From the IMG/VR virus record IMGVR_UViG_3300025276_000027, positions 1 through 64,000 of that record: a stretch of DNA of 64,000 nucleotides. One strand, written 5' to 3'. This DNA is from a virus. The stretch's first letter is position 1; every line of letters starts with the position of its first letter. The translations under genes were made by a program, and so were the position numbers. Positions 37,644-48,212 of the stretch are shown piece by piece. The notes beneath the pieces are model-generated. The model saw only the letters and a list, made by a program, of their open reading frames with translations, did no database searches and was not told where the DNA came from.

Positions 37644-40600
37644 TACCTCATTGATAATTGTAGTTTAGTATTGTTTAATCTTAATAGCATTTTTCTATTA
37701 TCACCACCTTTAGTTATTGATCTATTTTTTCTCAATATAACATGATTTGAATAATGTCTAAATTTCTTACGTTGTGTTGCAGATTTTTGATAATTTAAAT
37801 TAATAGGATTTAATGGTCTTATATACCCGTTACAATCAGTATTAAATATAGATTGTTCAGCATTAGTAAATTCACCTCTATCATTAGTAATATCCCAAAA
37901 TTGATTAAACCTAAATTTATGCTCCACCTTTGAAACTTCTATATTAATATCATCAGTACCTATACTTGGATATTGTAAATTACCCCAAGGATCATTATAC
38001 AATGCATTATTTAAAAGTAATAAACCAGATGTTTGATCATTATTATATACAATAGCTGCATCAAAATTATAATCTAAATCCTCCCATTTATCACCACCAC
38101 ACATGTTATATTGTGGATCTCCTTTGTATACATATGTTTCTAATTGATATTCAAAACTTCTTACAGTATTAACTGCTTGTCCTGTATTAGATATTAAATC
38201 TATTTCCCATGGATAATTAATATTATAAAAATTGGCATATGAATCACATCTTATATTATGTCTCCAGAATCCACCTACTTCAAAATTTGGTTGTGTACTC
38301 TCAAAAAAGAAATAATTACATCTTCTTGGATCTGGTTGTATAAATGCAGGATCTCCTATTTGATATATTAAAGGTGCTGAATCTGGACATGTACCAACAG
38401 CAGTCACAACTGTACCAGGAATTGTTACAGGTGGACAAGAGCAAGTTACCTTTTTACATATTGGTTGAAGTACATCATTACACTCACCTGATGACTCTGT
38501 ATAATTAAATGTTGTTGGATTAGGATAAACTATTGTATAACCTGCAGGACATGCACAAACAAAATCTGTTCCACATACTGATCCACCAATTGCTGTTGCA
38601 ACAGGCGTTATAGTAGTTGGGTCTGCAGCATTAATTCCAAATTGATATGGATCAACATTTACAGGACCAGAAGTCATTGATATATGACCTAACACATCAG
38701 CATCAGTAGGTGCAGAATTAGTAGCACCACAAAATATTGCATATAAAAATTGGTTTGCAGGTCCAAATCCAGTTCCAACTGTATTAGATTGATATGGTCC
38801 ACCCACTACACCTGGGTCAGTTGTTGTATCAGTAACAAATAATATTACTCTTCTATAGTTTGCGTTACCACTTCTATCACCTAATTCAGAAGCATTTGCA
38901 GCATTTAGTACACCTACAGCACCATTTAATCCAGCAACAACTTCAGTACCTGGATAACTACCCCAGTTATCATCATACCATTGATCTACATATGCTATAT
39001 TAATATTAGAAGACATACTAAAATTACCACCAGCACCATTTGGAAGAGGCACTGTTTCACTTCCAACTCCCCATTGAGTAAAACCAATTTGCATTTGATC
39101 ATTATTCATAAAAGTTTGAATTTGAGGATCATTTAAAAAACCATTTAAAAGAGCCAATTGTGCTCCTCTTCTTCCTGCCCGATCAGTACTACCTGATGTA
39201 TCCATAGCAAATACTACATCAACTAAACAATTTGTAGGCCCACCAGTTACTACTCCATCAGTAATAATATCTACTAATACTGTAGCATCTTTAGTTTCAT
39301 TATTTGCTATTTCACATAGTTCTGTAACAGGATTATAAGTATATCCAGGAGGACATTGTGGTATAGTAGTAGTTAAAGTTTTTGTAGTAAAGAAATGATT
39401 AATACTTGGTAAAGCTAACTCAGGATGCCAGTCATGAAAAGATATCCATGCTTTAACCTTTGGATCATAACTTATAGTCCATGAACAATCATCAAAGTAA
39501 AGCGGATCTCCTATATCTATTGGAGCTGAAATACCTGTTAATGTATTAATAGTAATTGGCTTAATATCTCTATCTATAAATGTAGCTGTACTAATAAATT
39601 CTGGTTTAAGTTGGTAATCTTTCTTCATAAAATAAACAAGATCATCAACAGAATCATACATGACTTGACAACCAACACCAAATACGGGGTTATCTGTCCA
39701 CACTGAAGTTTCTGAATTTGGAAATTGTTTTATAAATCTTGATGGTAAATACTTAGCAAACCACCATTTCATGCCTGCATTAGATATAGGGCTGAGCCCT
39801 TTACCACCGTATTGAAATATTTTACCTTGTTGTTGTGATATAAAAAATAAACCTACTGGTGTATTTATTACACCTCTTATACTTTCACATGATCCAAACT
39901 CAGTTGATATATCTGCATTAGCTACATTTTGAAATGGTTGACTAAATAATCCACCATCACCAATAGTTAATTTAGTATCTAATTGAGTTTTTAAAGTATC
40001 TAATCCTTGGAACATCTGTGGTGACAAATGTGGGAAAAATATTAGTGCACCACTTTTATTTATAGGTTTAATTACACTAACATCATTTTTAAAATCTTTA
40101 TAATTATTATTTAAAAACACTCTCCAAAAATCTTTTCTGGATTCTTCTTGTGCTTGTAAAGAATATATAAGTCTCTTTGGATATGATACAAAACAATTTT
40201 CTGCAACTAATGGATCATAATACGTAGGTTGTACTTGACCAAAAGAAGTTAATTGCGTAGCAAATTTAGAAGGACTTAATGACTCATCATATTTATAAAA
40301 ATTACCTTCTTTTTCTATTTTTGCATGAAAGAGTTCATCAATATCATTATAGTCATATACATTGTATATTCTTTTTGCAGGCTCATCTTTCCATTCTCTT
40401 TGGGTTAAATTTATTTCTGTTTCAACAAAGAAATCCGTTATGCCATTTACATGAGTATACATATATGCATACTCCATATTAAATGCAGGATTAGGATCAG
40501 ATGAATTAAATATTGCAGCAAATCCAGATGAACATGAATCATTACCTCTATCTAAATAAAATAAATCATTTGGTATTAAGTTATCTAGAGCACTTGTATT

Positions 40601-43600
40601 AACAATTGATAAAGAAGCTATCTCTGAAGCTAGTGGGGTAATATCATATCTTTGTGAGTTTAACCAAAATCTTGGATATGGTATATTTACATACAATGAA
40701 TAATTATATGTAAAGTCATCAGGTTGTCCTAATAAATAATTTGTAAATATAGGCATGATAACTTTTTCAGTATATCTACATATAAATGTATCACCAGCAA
40801 AAATAGGATCACTACTATATAAATACTCATCCGGTTTAGTTGAATCTAAAAGTTCAACACAACCTCTAAGTTGTACTTGTTTTATTCCAGCAAGTTGACC
40901 ATATTGATTATCAAAGTTAAATTTAAGAGCTCCGTATTTAGCGGATATATTTGTTTTTCTTGTTTGTCTTGGATCTAATAAATATTGATCACTAAATTCA
41001 TTTACAACAGATTGATCTACATTAGTAAATTCACCATCTGCATTTAAATTTAATGACATGTCTCCACCAATTACATATCTTGATTCATCAATTACAGATG
41101 GATCTCTAAGAGGATTTTCTAGACTTACAGCTACTGTCTCAGGTCTAAATAAATTATTTATTTTATATTGTCCACTATCAAATGTTTGGAATGAAGCACC
41201 TATATAATTAGATGCGTTATTTTTAATTCTCCATAAACCATTTGTTTGATTTGAAAAATCTGAAAAGAAACCTAAAGAATTATGTTTCCAAACAAAATCT
41301 GAATGATTAATCATATTATAAAACAGATCAATAATTTCATTTCCCCCTATAGCTATATTTGCTTGTAAAGTAAATATACTTGTAAGTGTTCTAAATACCT
41401 GTGGTAAGTTTGTTTCAGATGAATCTCTATCTCTGTTAGTTTCCAAGGCACCTGAATTAACACCAGGAATTCTTCCTTTTAATCCTTCTGCTGTTGTTGC
41501 AGCTTTTTCAGTTATAGCCGTAGCTAATCCACCAGTATATAAATCTACTATTCCACCTAAAGTATCTAGCAAAATACTTATTACTGTACTAGTTGTTGCT
41601 GAAGTAGTAGTAGCTGCACCTGCGGCTGCTACATATGCTGTTTGTTTAGAAGCCCACGGTTGTTTCCAATCACCACCTCTTATTGCTCCACCAGATCTAC
41701 CATTTAAGTTTACAGTAGCAACACCAGGTGGTACGGTTAGAGAAATAAATCCTCCACCACCACCTTGTGCATCACCATCAATTTCTTCCCCTATTCCAGA
41801 CTGACTAGTTAAATTACCAGTTGAATAAGTTTGTTTACGGGAAGTTGTTCCTTTTAGTTTATGACAGGCATAACCAAAACCTATGATAGCTCCAATCCAT
41901 GCACCACCACCTCTTAATAATTTAAATTGCGGATGATCTTCTGATGGTTTAAAAAACCCAGATGCTGCTCCACTTACCTCTCCATATATTCTAGATTCAT
42001 ATGCATTTAAGAAAGGTTGAGTAAACATTAAATCTGGTGAGTGAAATGTAAATACTTTTCTTGAAAATCCTGTTGGCTCACCATCTACATCAACTCTATC
42101 ACCTAAAGGCTTAAAATAATCACAAGACTCTTGAAAAGTATTACAGCCATCTGTTCTATTTAAAGCATCACCATTTATACCATCATGAAAATATACATCT
42201 GGTCTCAAATCATTATAAGGATAGTTAGGATATAACCCCTGTACATCTCCACCTATTAAGTTTTCAGTATCAGGAATAGTATACTTACGCATATTTTTAA
42301 ATAAACCTTTTGCCAATATAGACTTTGCTCCTAATCTTGATCCTTTTAATATTTCATAACCAACAACATTTTGAATAAATGAACCATCATTATATTTTGG
42401 ACGTGCTATATTATCAAATTGTACACCAAGGATGTTTATTAAATCTCCTGATGTATTACTTATATTTAATGGTGAACCAATAGATTCATCCGGCATCTTA
42501 TGATGCCTTATTGGAACACCACATAAGTCTCCCCATATATCTGGTCTATTTGATGGATATCTTTCAGTAGATTCCCAATATCCCATCTTCCCTTTTGCTA
42601 TTATATTAGTACCATCCCCAAGTGGTTCAGAAGCTACTGAAGTTATTGATGCAGTATTATAAACTTTAAATAAAGGGTCTCCAGAAGAATCTAATACATT
42701 TGAACCAAATATATCTGCATTTTCTAATTCTATTGAACCATTCGGTAATGTATAATTTTGTGGAGCTCTACCTGGTATATGATATGAGGATGATCTTTCT
42801 CCAGTGTTATATATCCATCTTATAAAAAATGCATATTGTTCATCTCTCAAGAAATTCATTTTATTACCCCCTTTAGAATAATAATCATCTTGAACACTAT
42901 TAATACACCAATTTACTTGAATGTTATTAGCATCTGGTTGATAGTTAAAATCAAATTGTTCGGTTGGTCCTTGTCTTATTAACCAATCATTCACAACAAA
43001 CATTGATTCAGATTTTTCATATGCAGGACTACGTAAAGGTATTTGTACTAAATCTATAGCTATTAATGATTCATCTATATAATCAATATTAATATTCTTT
43101 TGTTGTGTGTTATAAATCCCTAATCTTTTTGCAGATGTTTGTCCCTGGTTTCTTCTAAGTATTACTAATTCATAAAATTCATAATCTTTATCTAAATTTG
43201 AAATAGATATATCAAGTGAACCGGCTGTACCATCAATATTCCATAATGTTTGAATATTAGATATACCTATATAGTCAGTTACTTTAATTTCATTTTCAGT
43301 ATATGCAATAAATGCTTGATATGCTCCATTAGCTAACATACCACCATCAGTTGCTTTACTTAATGCAACACATGGTGTATCAACTAATGGTGCTAATCTA
43401 ATTTGTTCACAATCTAATCGTTTAGGTTGTTGATCTTCATATACAACACATGGGTCACCATCAATATCTGGCCCCGATATCTGTATTTGTTTATATGGTA
43501 TTTTATCTATATTTAATGCTCTTGATGGATTGTTACCATCATCCCAATATACTTCCCAAGTACAATCAAAGTTTTCTTTTGCTGCACCGGTAATTAAATA

Positions 43601-43996
43601 CTTTCTATTAAAACTTAAACAAGTGTCATTAACTAATGTAGTATATTTACATTGGCTATCATCAAATGTTCCTATTTCTGAATTAATATCATCTGTAGAA
43701 TATATTATCCATTCATCACCATATCTATGTATAGCTCCAATAACTGTATATGGTATTACACCACATTGTAAATTTGATGGCTCATTACCTACAACACCTA
43801 AGTCTCCATCTAAAGAATTGTTTACTAAATTTCGTGCATGCCACCATGATTGGTTACTTTCCAAAGATGGAGTAATATCCTTATTCATTCCTTTACTAAA
43901 GGAATTTGTTTGTATAGATGAACTGCTTTGGGATCTAGGACTTCTCCTGGATCCCTTACGGTTACTATTAGAAGAAGAGTTTCTCTTTTTAGCCAT
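37643..43996 (-). CDS. Tail muzzle/stabilisation protein (P22 gp10-like) with inserted vWA and Cys-rich domains
   Basis: N-terminal NSFSKGMNKD...ARN; RDEQYAFFIRW; C-terminal WTISYD...WISFHDWHP; follows the tubular protein; VDVVFAMDTSGST MIDAS at about 39190-39225. Confidence 0.8.
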   Translation of the reverse strand: MAKKRNSSSNSNRKGSRRSPRSQSSSSIQTNSFSKGMNKDITPSLESNQSWWHARNLVNNSLDGDLGVVGNEPSNLQCGVIPYTVIGAIHRYGDEWIIYSTDDINSEIGTFDDSQCKYTTLVNDTCLSFNRKYLITGAAKENFDCTWEVYWDDGNNPSRALNIDKIPYKQIQISGPDIDGDPCVVYEDQQPKRLDCEQIRLAPLVDTPCVALSKATDGGMLANGAYQAFIAYTENEIKVTDYIGISNIQTLWNIDGTAGSLDISISNLDKDYEFYELVILRRNQGQTSAKRLGIYNTQQKNINIDYIDESLIAIDLVQIPLRSPAYEKSESMFVVNDWLIRQGPTEQFDFNYQPDANNIQVNWCINSVQDDYYSKGGNKMNFLRDEQYAFFIRWIYNTGERSSSYHIPGRAPQNYTLPNGSIELENADIFGSNVLDSSGDPLFKVYNTASITSVASEPLGDGTNIIAKGKMGYWESTERYPSNRPDIWGDLCGVPIRHHKMPDESIGSPLNISNTSGDLINILGVQFDNIARPKYNDGSFIQNVVGYEILKGSRLGAKSILAKGLFKNMRKYTIPDTENLIGGDVQGLYPNYPYNDLRPDVYFHDGINGDALNRTDGCNTFQESCDYFKPLGDRVDVDGEPTGFSRKVFTFHSPDLMFTQPFLNAYESRIYGEVSGAASGFFKPSEDHPQFKLLRGGGAWIGAIIGFGYACHKLKGTTSRKQTYSTGNLTSQSGIGEEIDGDAQGGGGGFISLTVPPGVATVNLNGRSGGAIRGGDWKQPWASKQTAYVAAAGAATTTSATTSTVISILLDTLGGIVDLYTGGLATAITEKAATTAEGLKGRIPGVNSGALETNRDRDSSETNLPQVFRTLTSIFTLQANIAIGGNEIIDLFYNMINHSDFVWKHNSLGFFSDFSNQTNGLWRIKNNASNYIGASFQTFDSGQYKINNLFRPETVAVSLENPLRDPSVIDESRYVIGGDMSLNLNADGEFTNVDQSVVNEFSDQYLLDPRQTRKTNISAKYGALKFNFDNQYGQLAGIKQVQLRGCVELLDSTKPDEYLYSSDPIFAGDTFICRYTEKVIMPIFTNYLLGQPDDFTYNYSLYVNIPYPRFWLNSQRYDITPLASEIASLSIVNTSALDNLIPNDLFYLDRGNDSCSSGFAAIFNSSDPNPAFNMEYAYMYTHVNGITDFFVETEINLTQREWKDEPAKRIYNVYDYNDIDELFHAKIEKEGNFYKYDESLSPSKFATQLTSFGQVQPTYYDPLVAENCFVSYPKRLIYSLQAQEESRKDFWRVFLNNNYKDFKNDVSVIKPINKSGALIFFPHLSPQMFQGLDTLKTQLDTKLTIGDGGLFSQPFQNVANADISTEFGSCESIRGVINTPVGLFFISQQQGKIFQYGGKGLSPISNAGMKWWFAKYLPSRFIKQFPNSETSVWTDNPVFGVGCQVMYDSVDDLVYFMKKDYQLKPEFISTATFIDRDIKPITINTLTGISAPIDIGDPLYFDDCSWTISYDPKVKAWISFHDWHPELALPSINHFFTTKTLTTTIPQCPPGYTYNPVTELCEIANNETKDATVLVDIITDGVVTGGPTNCLVDVVFAMDTSGSTDRAGRRGAQLALLNGFLNDPQIQTFMNNDQMQIGFTQWGVGSETVPLPNGAGGNFSMSSNINIAYVDQWYDDNWGSYPGTEVVAGLNGAVGVLNAANASELGDRSGNANYRRVILFVTDTTTDPGVVGGPYQSNTVGTGFGPANQFLYAIFCGATNSAPTDADVLGHISMTSGPVNVDPYQFGINAADPTTITPVATAIGGSVCGTDFVCACPAGYTIVYPNPTTFNYTESSGECNDVLQPICKKVTCSCPPVTIPGTVVTAVGTCPDSAPLIYQIGDPAFIQPDPRRCNYFFFESTQPNFEVGGFWRHNIRCDSYANFYNINYPWEIDLISNTGQAVNTVRSFEYQLETYVYKGDPQYNMCGGDKWEDLDYNFDAAIVYNNDQTSGLLLLNNALYNDPWGNLQYPSIGTDDINIEVSKVEHKFRFNQFWDITNDRGEFTNAEQSIFNTDCNGYIRPLNPINLNYQKSATQRKKFRHYSNHVILRKNRSITKGGDNRKMLLRLNNTKLQLSMR

Positions 43997-44010
43997 AATA
44001 GATTACGTAT

Positions 44011-44964
44011 TTAACAAGTTGTGGATGTAGATGAAGAAGTTGTATTCCCTGTTAAGTTAGGAGCTGAAACAACTCTTGGTTGAACTGGTGCATAACTTAA
44101 AAACATATTATAATAATTATGATATTGAGCTCTTCTGTTCATAGTCCACACTTTTCTCATTTCAGCAAAGTCTGGTGTATTTACAAAAGTAAGTGCATTG
44201 TTTCTTGCACCCCTTAATCTAGTTTCAATTAAATTTAATTGTTGAGAAACATTTTCACCTTGCCAAACCATATTTTCTAATATCCTTTGTTTTACTGCAT
44301 ATTCATAATACTCATTACAGTATGGATGATCTAAAACTAATAGATCCCCAAAGGTATCTTCCATAGCTCCTTGAAAACTTAAATATACTTTACCTGTTTT
44401 AAATGTTGTTATTAAATAACCATCTTTTACTTCTGCAATATCTAATGCTTGAGCTCCTAAACTTGGACAATAACATACTGCATCATTTACATCTCTTATA
44501 CGTAATTGTGTCCAGTTTTCAAAAGATCTAAATTGATTGGGTCCTATTCTTTGTACCAATTGATAACTGTTTTTGTCATCACATGTTTTAATAACACATA
44601 CATCTTTACATGTATCATCTTTACTACATGGAGATTTTTCTCCAGGAGCTGGTACATAAGGAACATCATTAAATGTTTCTACATGTGTACCTGATGGCAT
44701 AGTATTATTTATTGTATAACTACCACATCTAAATGCATAATTTACATATTTAAAATCTGTAGGTAATTGACCACGTCCATGCTCAATATCTATAATAACT
44801 TGTTTAGTCCTATGTATTTTTAAACCTAAATCATAATTAACTCTTTGAGCAACTTTAATAAGTTGTTGTGGTTCTATCATACCCTCAAGAGCATATGTAG
44901 AAAAATCAATTGATACATCATCCATCAATTGACTAAACGTTCTATATTTTTGTGAAACTCCCAT
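44011..44964 (-). CDS. Tail tubular/ring protein (P22 gp4-like, R1-type)
   Basis: Directly upstream of the muzzle; GQLPTDF, GYLITTFKTGKVYLSF and YYEYAVKQRI resemble crAss tubular proteins. Confidence 0.65.
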   Translation of the reverse strand: MGVSQKYRTFSQLMDDVSIDFSTYALEGMIEPQQLIKVAQRVNYDLGLKIHRTKQVIIDIEHGRGQLPTDFKYVNYAFRCGSYTINNTMPSGTHVETFNDVPYVPAPGEKSPCSKDDTCKDVCVIKTCDDKNSYQLVQRIGPNQFRSFENWTQLRIRDVNDAVCYCPSLGAQALDIAEVKDGYLITTFKTGKVYLSFQGAMEDTFGDLLVLDHPYCNEYYEYAVKQRILENMVWQGENVSQQLNLIETRLRGARNNALTFVNTPDFAEMRKVWTMNRRAQYHNYYNMFLSYAPVQPRVVSAPNLTGNTTSSSTSTTC

Positions 44965-45635
44965 TATTGTCTATTTATATTACGTTTATTATCAGAATCT
45001 TCTGATGGAATCTGCATAGTACCCATCATAGTTTGAATAACTTGACTCTCTATTTCTGCAAATAAAGCTTCAGGTATAAATATTTGTTGTTCATATCTGG
45101 GTGTACAATTGTTTTCTGTATCACAATCCCATGCTGTAATATCTGAATCAAATACACCTTCTACTTTAATTGCATCCCATGCTATGTTTGGACAATAAAT
45201 ATATCCATCCAACCACCAAAAATATAATGTATTATTATATTTAAAAGTAGTTGTTTTAGTCATAGATGTATATGTACCAGGTTGAGTTGCTTGCATTTCT
45301 TGTGAACTATCAATAGAACTTACTGTACGAATTAATGGTCCCCAATAACCTTCAAACATGGAAGGGAGTTTAGTTTTTGTACGTTTAATTGTACAACCAC
45401 TCTGAATACCTGAACAATGTGCTTCTACTTTATCTACTTCAATTAATTCTACATAAGGTAATGTTTTCCATACTGAATTAAATTTCATAAGTTTATTTGC
45501 ATAGTCTTGTCTTCTCATTAAAAATTGAGCATACTTTTCTATTAAACTATATATATATCTATCTGTAACAAAAGCATCTTGAACCTCAGCTTTAACTTGA
45601 CCTCTTATCCTAGATATTGTTTCTGCTATTGTCAT
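44964..45635 (-). CDS. Tail ring protein
   Basis: 223 aa; VTDRYIYSLI, RTKTKLP, DGYIY, IKVEGVF and C-terminal D-x-x-N; synteny. Confidence 0.6.
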   Translation of the reverse strand: MTIAETISRIRGQVKAEVQDAFVTDRYIYSLIEKYAQFLMRRQDYANKLMKFNSVWKTLPYVELIEVDKVEAHCSGIQSGCTIKRTKTKLPSMFEGYWGPLIRTVSSIDSSQEMQATQPGTYTSMTKTTTFKYNNTLYFWWLDGYIYCPNIAWDAIKVEGVFDSDITAWDCDTENNCTPRYEQQIFIPEALFAEIESQVIQTMMGTMQIPSEDSDNKRNINRQ

Positions 45636-45640
45636 TTTTT

Positions 45641-46207
45641 TTATTTTTCAAATTCATTATAATATTTTAAAGCTTTGTTGGTCTCTTCAAAGTTTTCATC
45701 ATATAAATGAGCAACTCTATATTTATTTTTCATTACTACATACTTTGTCCAATTGGTAGGATATTGTTTAGCTACTGATCTTTTAAAATCTCTACATGCT
45801 ACAAAACGCCACAATTCTCTATTTTTAAATCTATATTTTGTAGAGTAGTTTGTATAAAATATCTTTCCTAAATTACCATCTGTTTCCCAATTTTTATTTT
45901 GTAACACTTTACCATATTCTTTTGATAATGCATAATCTGTATTAACTGTCCTTGAAGGTTTACATGTTCCTATAAATAAAAATCCAAGTGAGTCAGGTAA
46001 TTCTACACCATTTCTATTTTGTATAACTGTATTCCAAATTTTTGTATTATATAATTTTATTATCTTTTTTAACTTTGCATTATCAATATCAGAATACATA
46101 GGTTTTTTATCCTTAAATTCTTTTATTGTTTTCTCATTTAATAACCCTAATCTTTTTTGCCTATACCTAGGAGCATTAAGATTAGGCTTTTTAAAATTAT
46201 TAATCAT
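45641..46207 (-). CDS. Basic IHF/HU-like protein of the crAss-like virion module
   Basis: Lys/Arg-rich; RNGVELPDSLGFLFI and WRFVACRDFKRSV resemble the IHF-like gene found next to the tubular gene. Confidence 0.55.
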   Translation of the reverse strand: MINNFKKPNLNAPRYRQKRLGLLNEKTIKEFKDKKPMYSDIDNAKLKKIIKLYNTKIWNTVIQNRNGVELPDSLGFLFIGTCKPSRTVNTDYALSKEYGKVLQNKNWETDGNLGKIFYTNYSTKYRFKNRELWRFVACRDFKRSVAKQYPTNWTKYVVMKNKYRVAHLYDENFEETNKALKYYNEFEK

Positions 46208-46220
46208 ATGTCTACATTTA

Positions 46221-46231
46221 TAATTTACAAA
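46221..46231 (-). promoter_or_regulatory. Putative late promoter motif variant TTTGTAAATTA
   Basis: TAATTTACAAA on +, 13 nt upstream of the 46207 start. Confidence 0.45.
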
Positions 46232-46265
46232 AAAAACCCCATTAAATGAAATTTAACAGGTGTCT

Positions 46266-47486
46266 TTATAATACTTGATGTGCAAATTCAGCTATATTAC
46301 CCAAAGTAGGATGCTGAAGTTCTAATTTTCCTGTTCTTCTATTACCTACAAATTTGTTAGAATAGTGATAATAATCAGTTTTACCTAAACTAGGTAATGT
46401 TTTTTCTATAAAACCTGCTGTCTCATTAGATGTCATATATTCTACTTTTCTATCTGTATGTATATGACCTTTAAATAATGTTCTGTTTACTGTGTTACCC
46501 CATTGTTTTGGATATTCACTAGCATAAATTAATGGATTATTTTTACTTTTTTTATCTCCATGTTCAAATGCATTAAAATTATTATGCCATACGTGTACCT
46601 TACGTTCTTCATATTTTATATCCCAACTTATTTCTTTACTCTCTATTGATTGAGATAATGCATGTACTAAATGAAATGAAGATAACCTGTCATGATTACC
46701 AGGAACATATACTATTACTAATTCAACGCAAAACCTCTTTATATACCCAATAGCCCAGTGCATTGCATTAAATGCCTGTACGTAAGCCTCAGTAGCCGTC
46801 ATGCAGTTGTCTAATGGTGTTCCTGATGTTGTTGTACCATCAAAGGTATCCATGTTGATTAAATCACCTCCTATTACAAAAAACATTTTTTGAATGCTAT
46901 GTGATGGAGTTGCACGCTCAAGTAAGTTTATAATTGTTTCTTCAAAATCATTATCTATTGTTTGATTACCTTGCTTTCCAAAATGTATATCTTGTAAAGA
47001 CATGACTCCGCAAACCTTTTCTCCTTTATTAGATAATTTAGTTTTTGGTAACTTATATGTTTTAGGTTTCCAGTTACTCAATAAATCTTCAAAATGTTTT
47101 TCATCAAAGTTTTTAATCTGTGAAATTAATGCAGATACTCTCCAATGATCACCCATTTGTTTATTCCAATATTGTGATAGTTTCCATTTTTTAGTATCTA
47201 TCTTTAATAATGAAATAATTTCTTCAGGGCTTTTAGGTTCATGGTCAAACGTACCAGATATCTTTCCTTGACCTTTTTCTAAATCAATTGACTCAACTAA
47301 TTGAGAATTATCTGCTGCTTTTTTAAAAAACCCACTTATTTTTTTTTCTTTCTTTCTTTCTTTTAATATTTGTTTTTTTAATTTGATATACTCTTCTTCA
47401 GAAATACCCACTCTTGATGCAGATATGCTTGGATGTTTTTTCCATTTAAGAGATTCAATAATTCTTTGTTTTAAGGTATTTGACAT
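46266..47486 (-). CDS. Calcineurin-like metallophosphoesterase with basic N-terminal (HTH-like) region
   Basis: All five motifs present: QDIHFG, GGDLIN, PGNHD, EHGD, GHIH. Confidence 0.88.
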   Translation of the reverse strand: MSNTLKQRIIESLKWKKHPSISASRVGISEEEYIKLKKQILKERKKEKKISGFFKKAADNSQLVESIDLEKGQGKISGTFDHEPKSPEEIISLLKIDTKKWKLSQYWNKQMGDHWRVSALISQIKNFDEKHFEDLLSNWKPKTYKLPKTKLSNKGEKVCGVMSLQDIHFGKQGNQTIDNDFEETIINLLERATPSHSIQKMFFVIGGDLINMDTFDGTTTSGTPLDNCMTATEAYVQAFNAMHWAIGYIKRFCVELVIVYVPGNHDRLSSFHLVHALSQSIESKEISWDIKYEERKVHVWHNNFNAFEHGDKKSKNNPLIYASEYPKQWGNTVNRTLFKGHIHTDRKVEYMTSNETAGFIEKTLPSLGKTDYYHYSNKFVGNRRTGKLELQHPTLGNIAEFAHQVL

Positions 47487-47549
47487 AAGAAATCTTTTTG
47501 TGGTTCTCGTAAAAATAAGTATAAATAATTAAAAACCAGTGTGTTTAAT

Positions 47550-47580
47550 AAAAAAAAGAGACTGAGTTGCCCCAGTCTCT
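47550..47580 (-). terminator. Intrinsic terminator
   Basis: Perfect 8-bp stem AGAGACTG/CAGTCTCT with an 8-nt loop, followed on - by a U-run; lies after the 187-aa gene. Confidence 0.85.
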
Positions 47581-47629
47581 CCCAACGTTTGTAGTAGAAA
47601 AACCAACAAACCACCACCTGTTGTTTCTT

Positions 47630-48193
47630 TTAACTAGCCGCTAATGTAGAAAATAATATTTCTATTGGTTTACAAGCAGCACTATTACCATTATCAACTA
47701 CCTTAACTTTATACGCAGTTGATGCTGTTAAATTAGTTATCTTATAATTAAATACAGTTGTTACTATTGGAGTACTATTAGCTAATGTCCATCCTGATGG
47801 AGATATCTGTGTATCAAAATAAATATTAATACCAGTACTTGAACTCCATATACTATTCCATAATATTTCAGCAGTTGAACTTGTTATAGTAGTTGCATAT
47901 ACATTATATGGATCATGTTGTAAATCATTAGAAGTACATGCACCTAATCCATTAGATAGTATCATAGCATACTTTTGTATAATTGAATCTAAACGTTCAC
48001 CAGAAGTTATAACTATTTGACTACCAGCTGCACCAATTTGAAAAGATGTTCCTGTATAACTCACACATGCTGCGCTTTGTATATCATCACATCTCTCACT
48101 ACCTACACTACAATCAGTGTATGTACATGGATTGGTTAATGCTGTATCAGCACAACTACATTTTTCACTACATTTTGTACAATTACATGCCAT
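47630..48193 (-). CDS. Cys-rich virion protein with C-terminal fibronectin type III domain
   Basis: N-terminal CNCTKCSEKCSC; FN3 pattern ITSSTAEILW...ITNLTASTAYKVKV. Confidence 0.7.
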   Translation of the reverse strand: MACNCTKCSEKCSCADTALTNPCTYTDCSVGSERCDDIQSAACVSYTGTSFQIGAAGSQIVITSGERLDSIIQKYAMILSNGLGACTSNDLQHDPYNVYATTITSSTAEILWNSIWSSSTGINIYFDTQISPSGWTLANSTPIVTTVFNYKITNLTASTAYKVKVVDNGNSAACKPIEILFSTLAAS

Positions 48194-48212
48194 TCTTTTA
48201 ATTTTTAATTTA

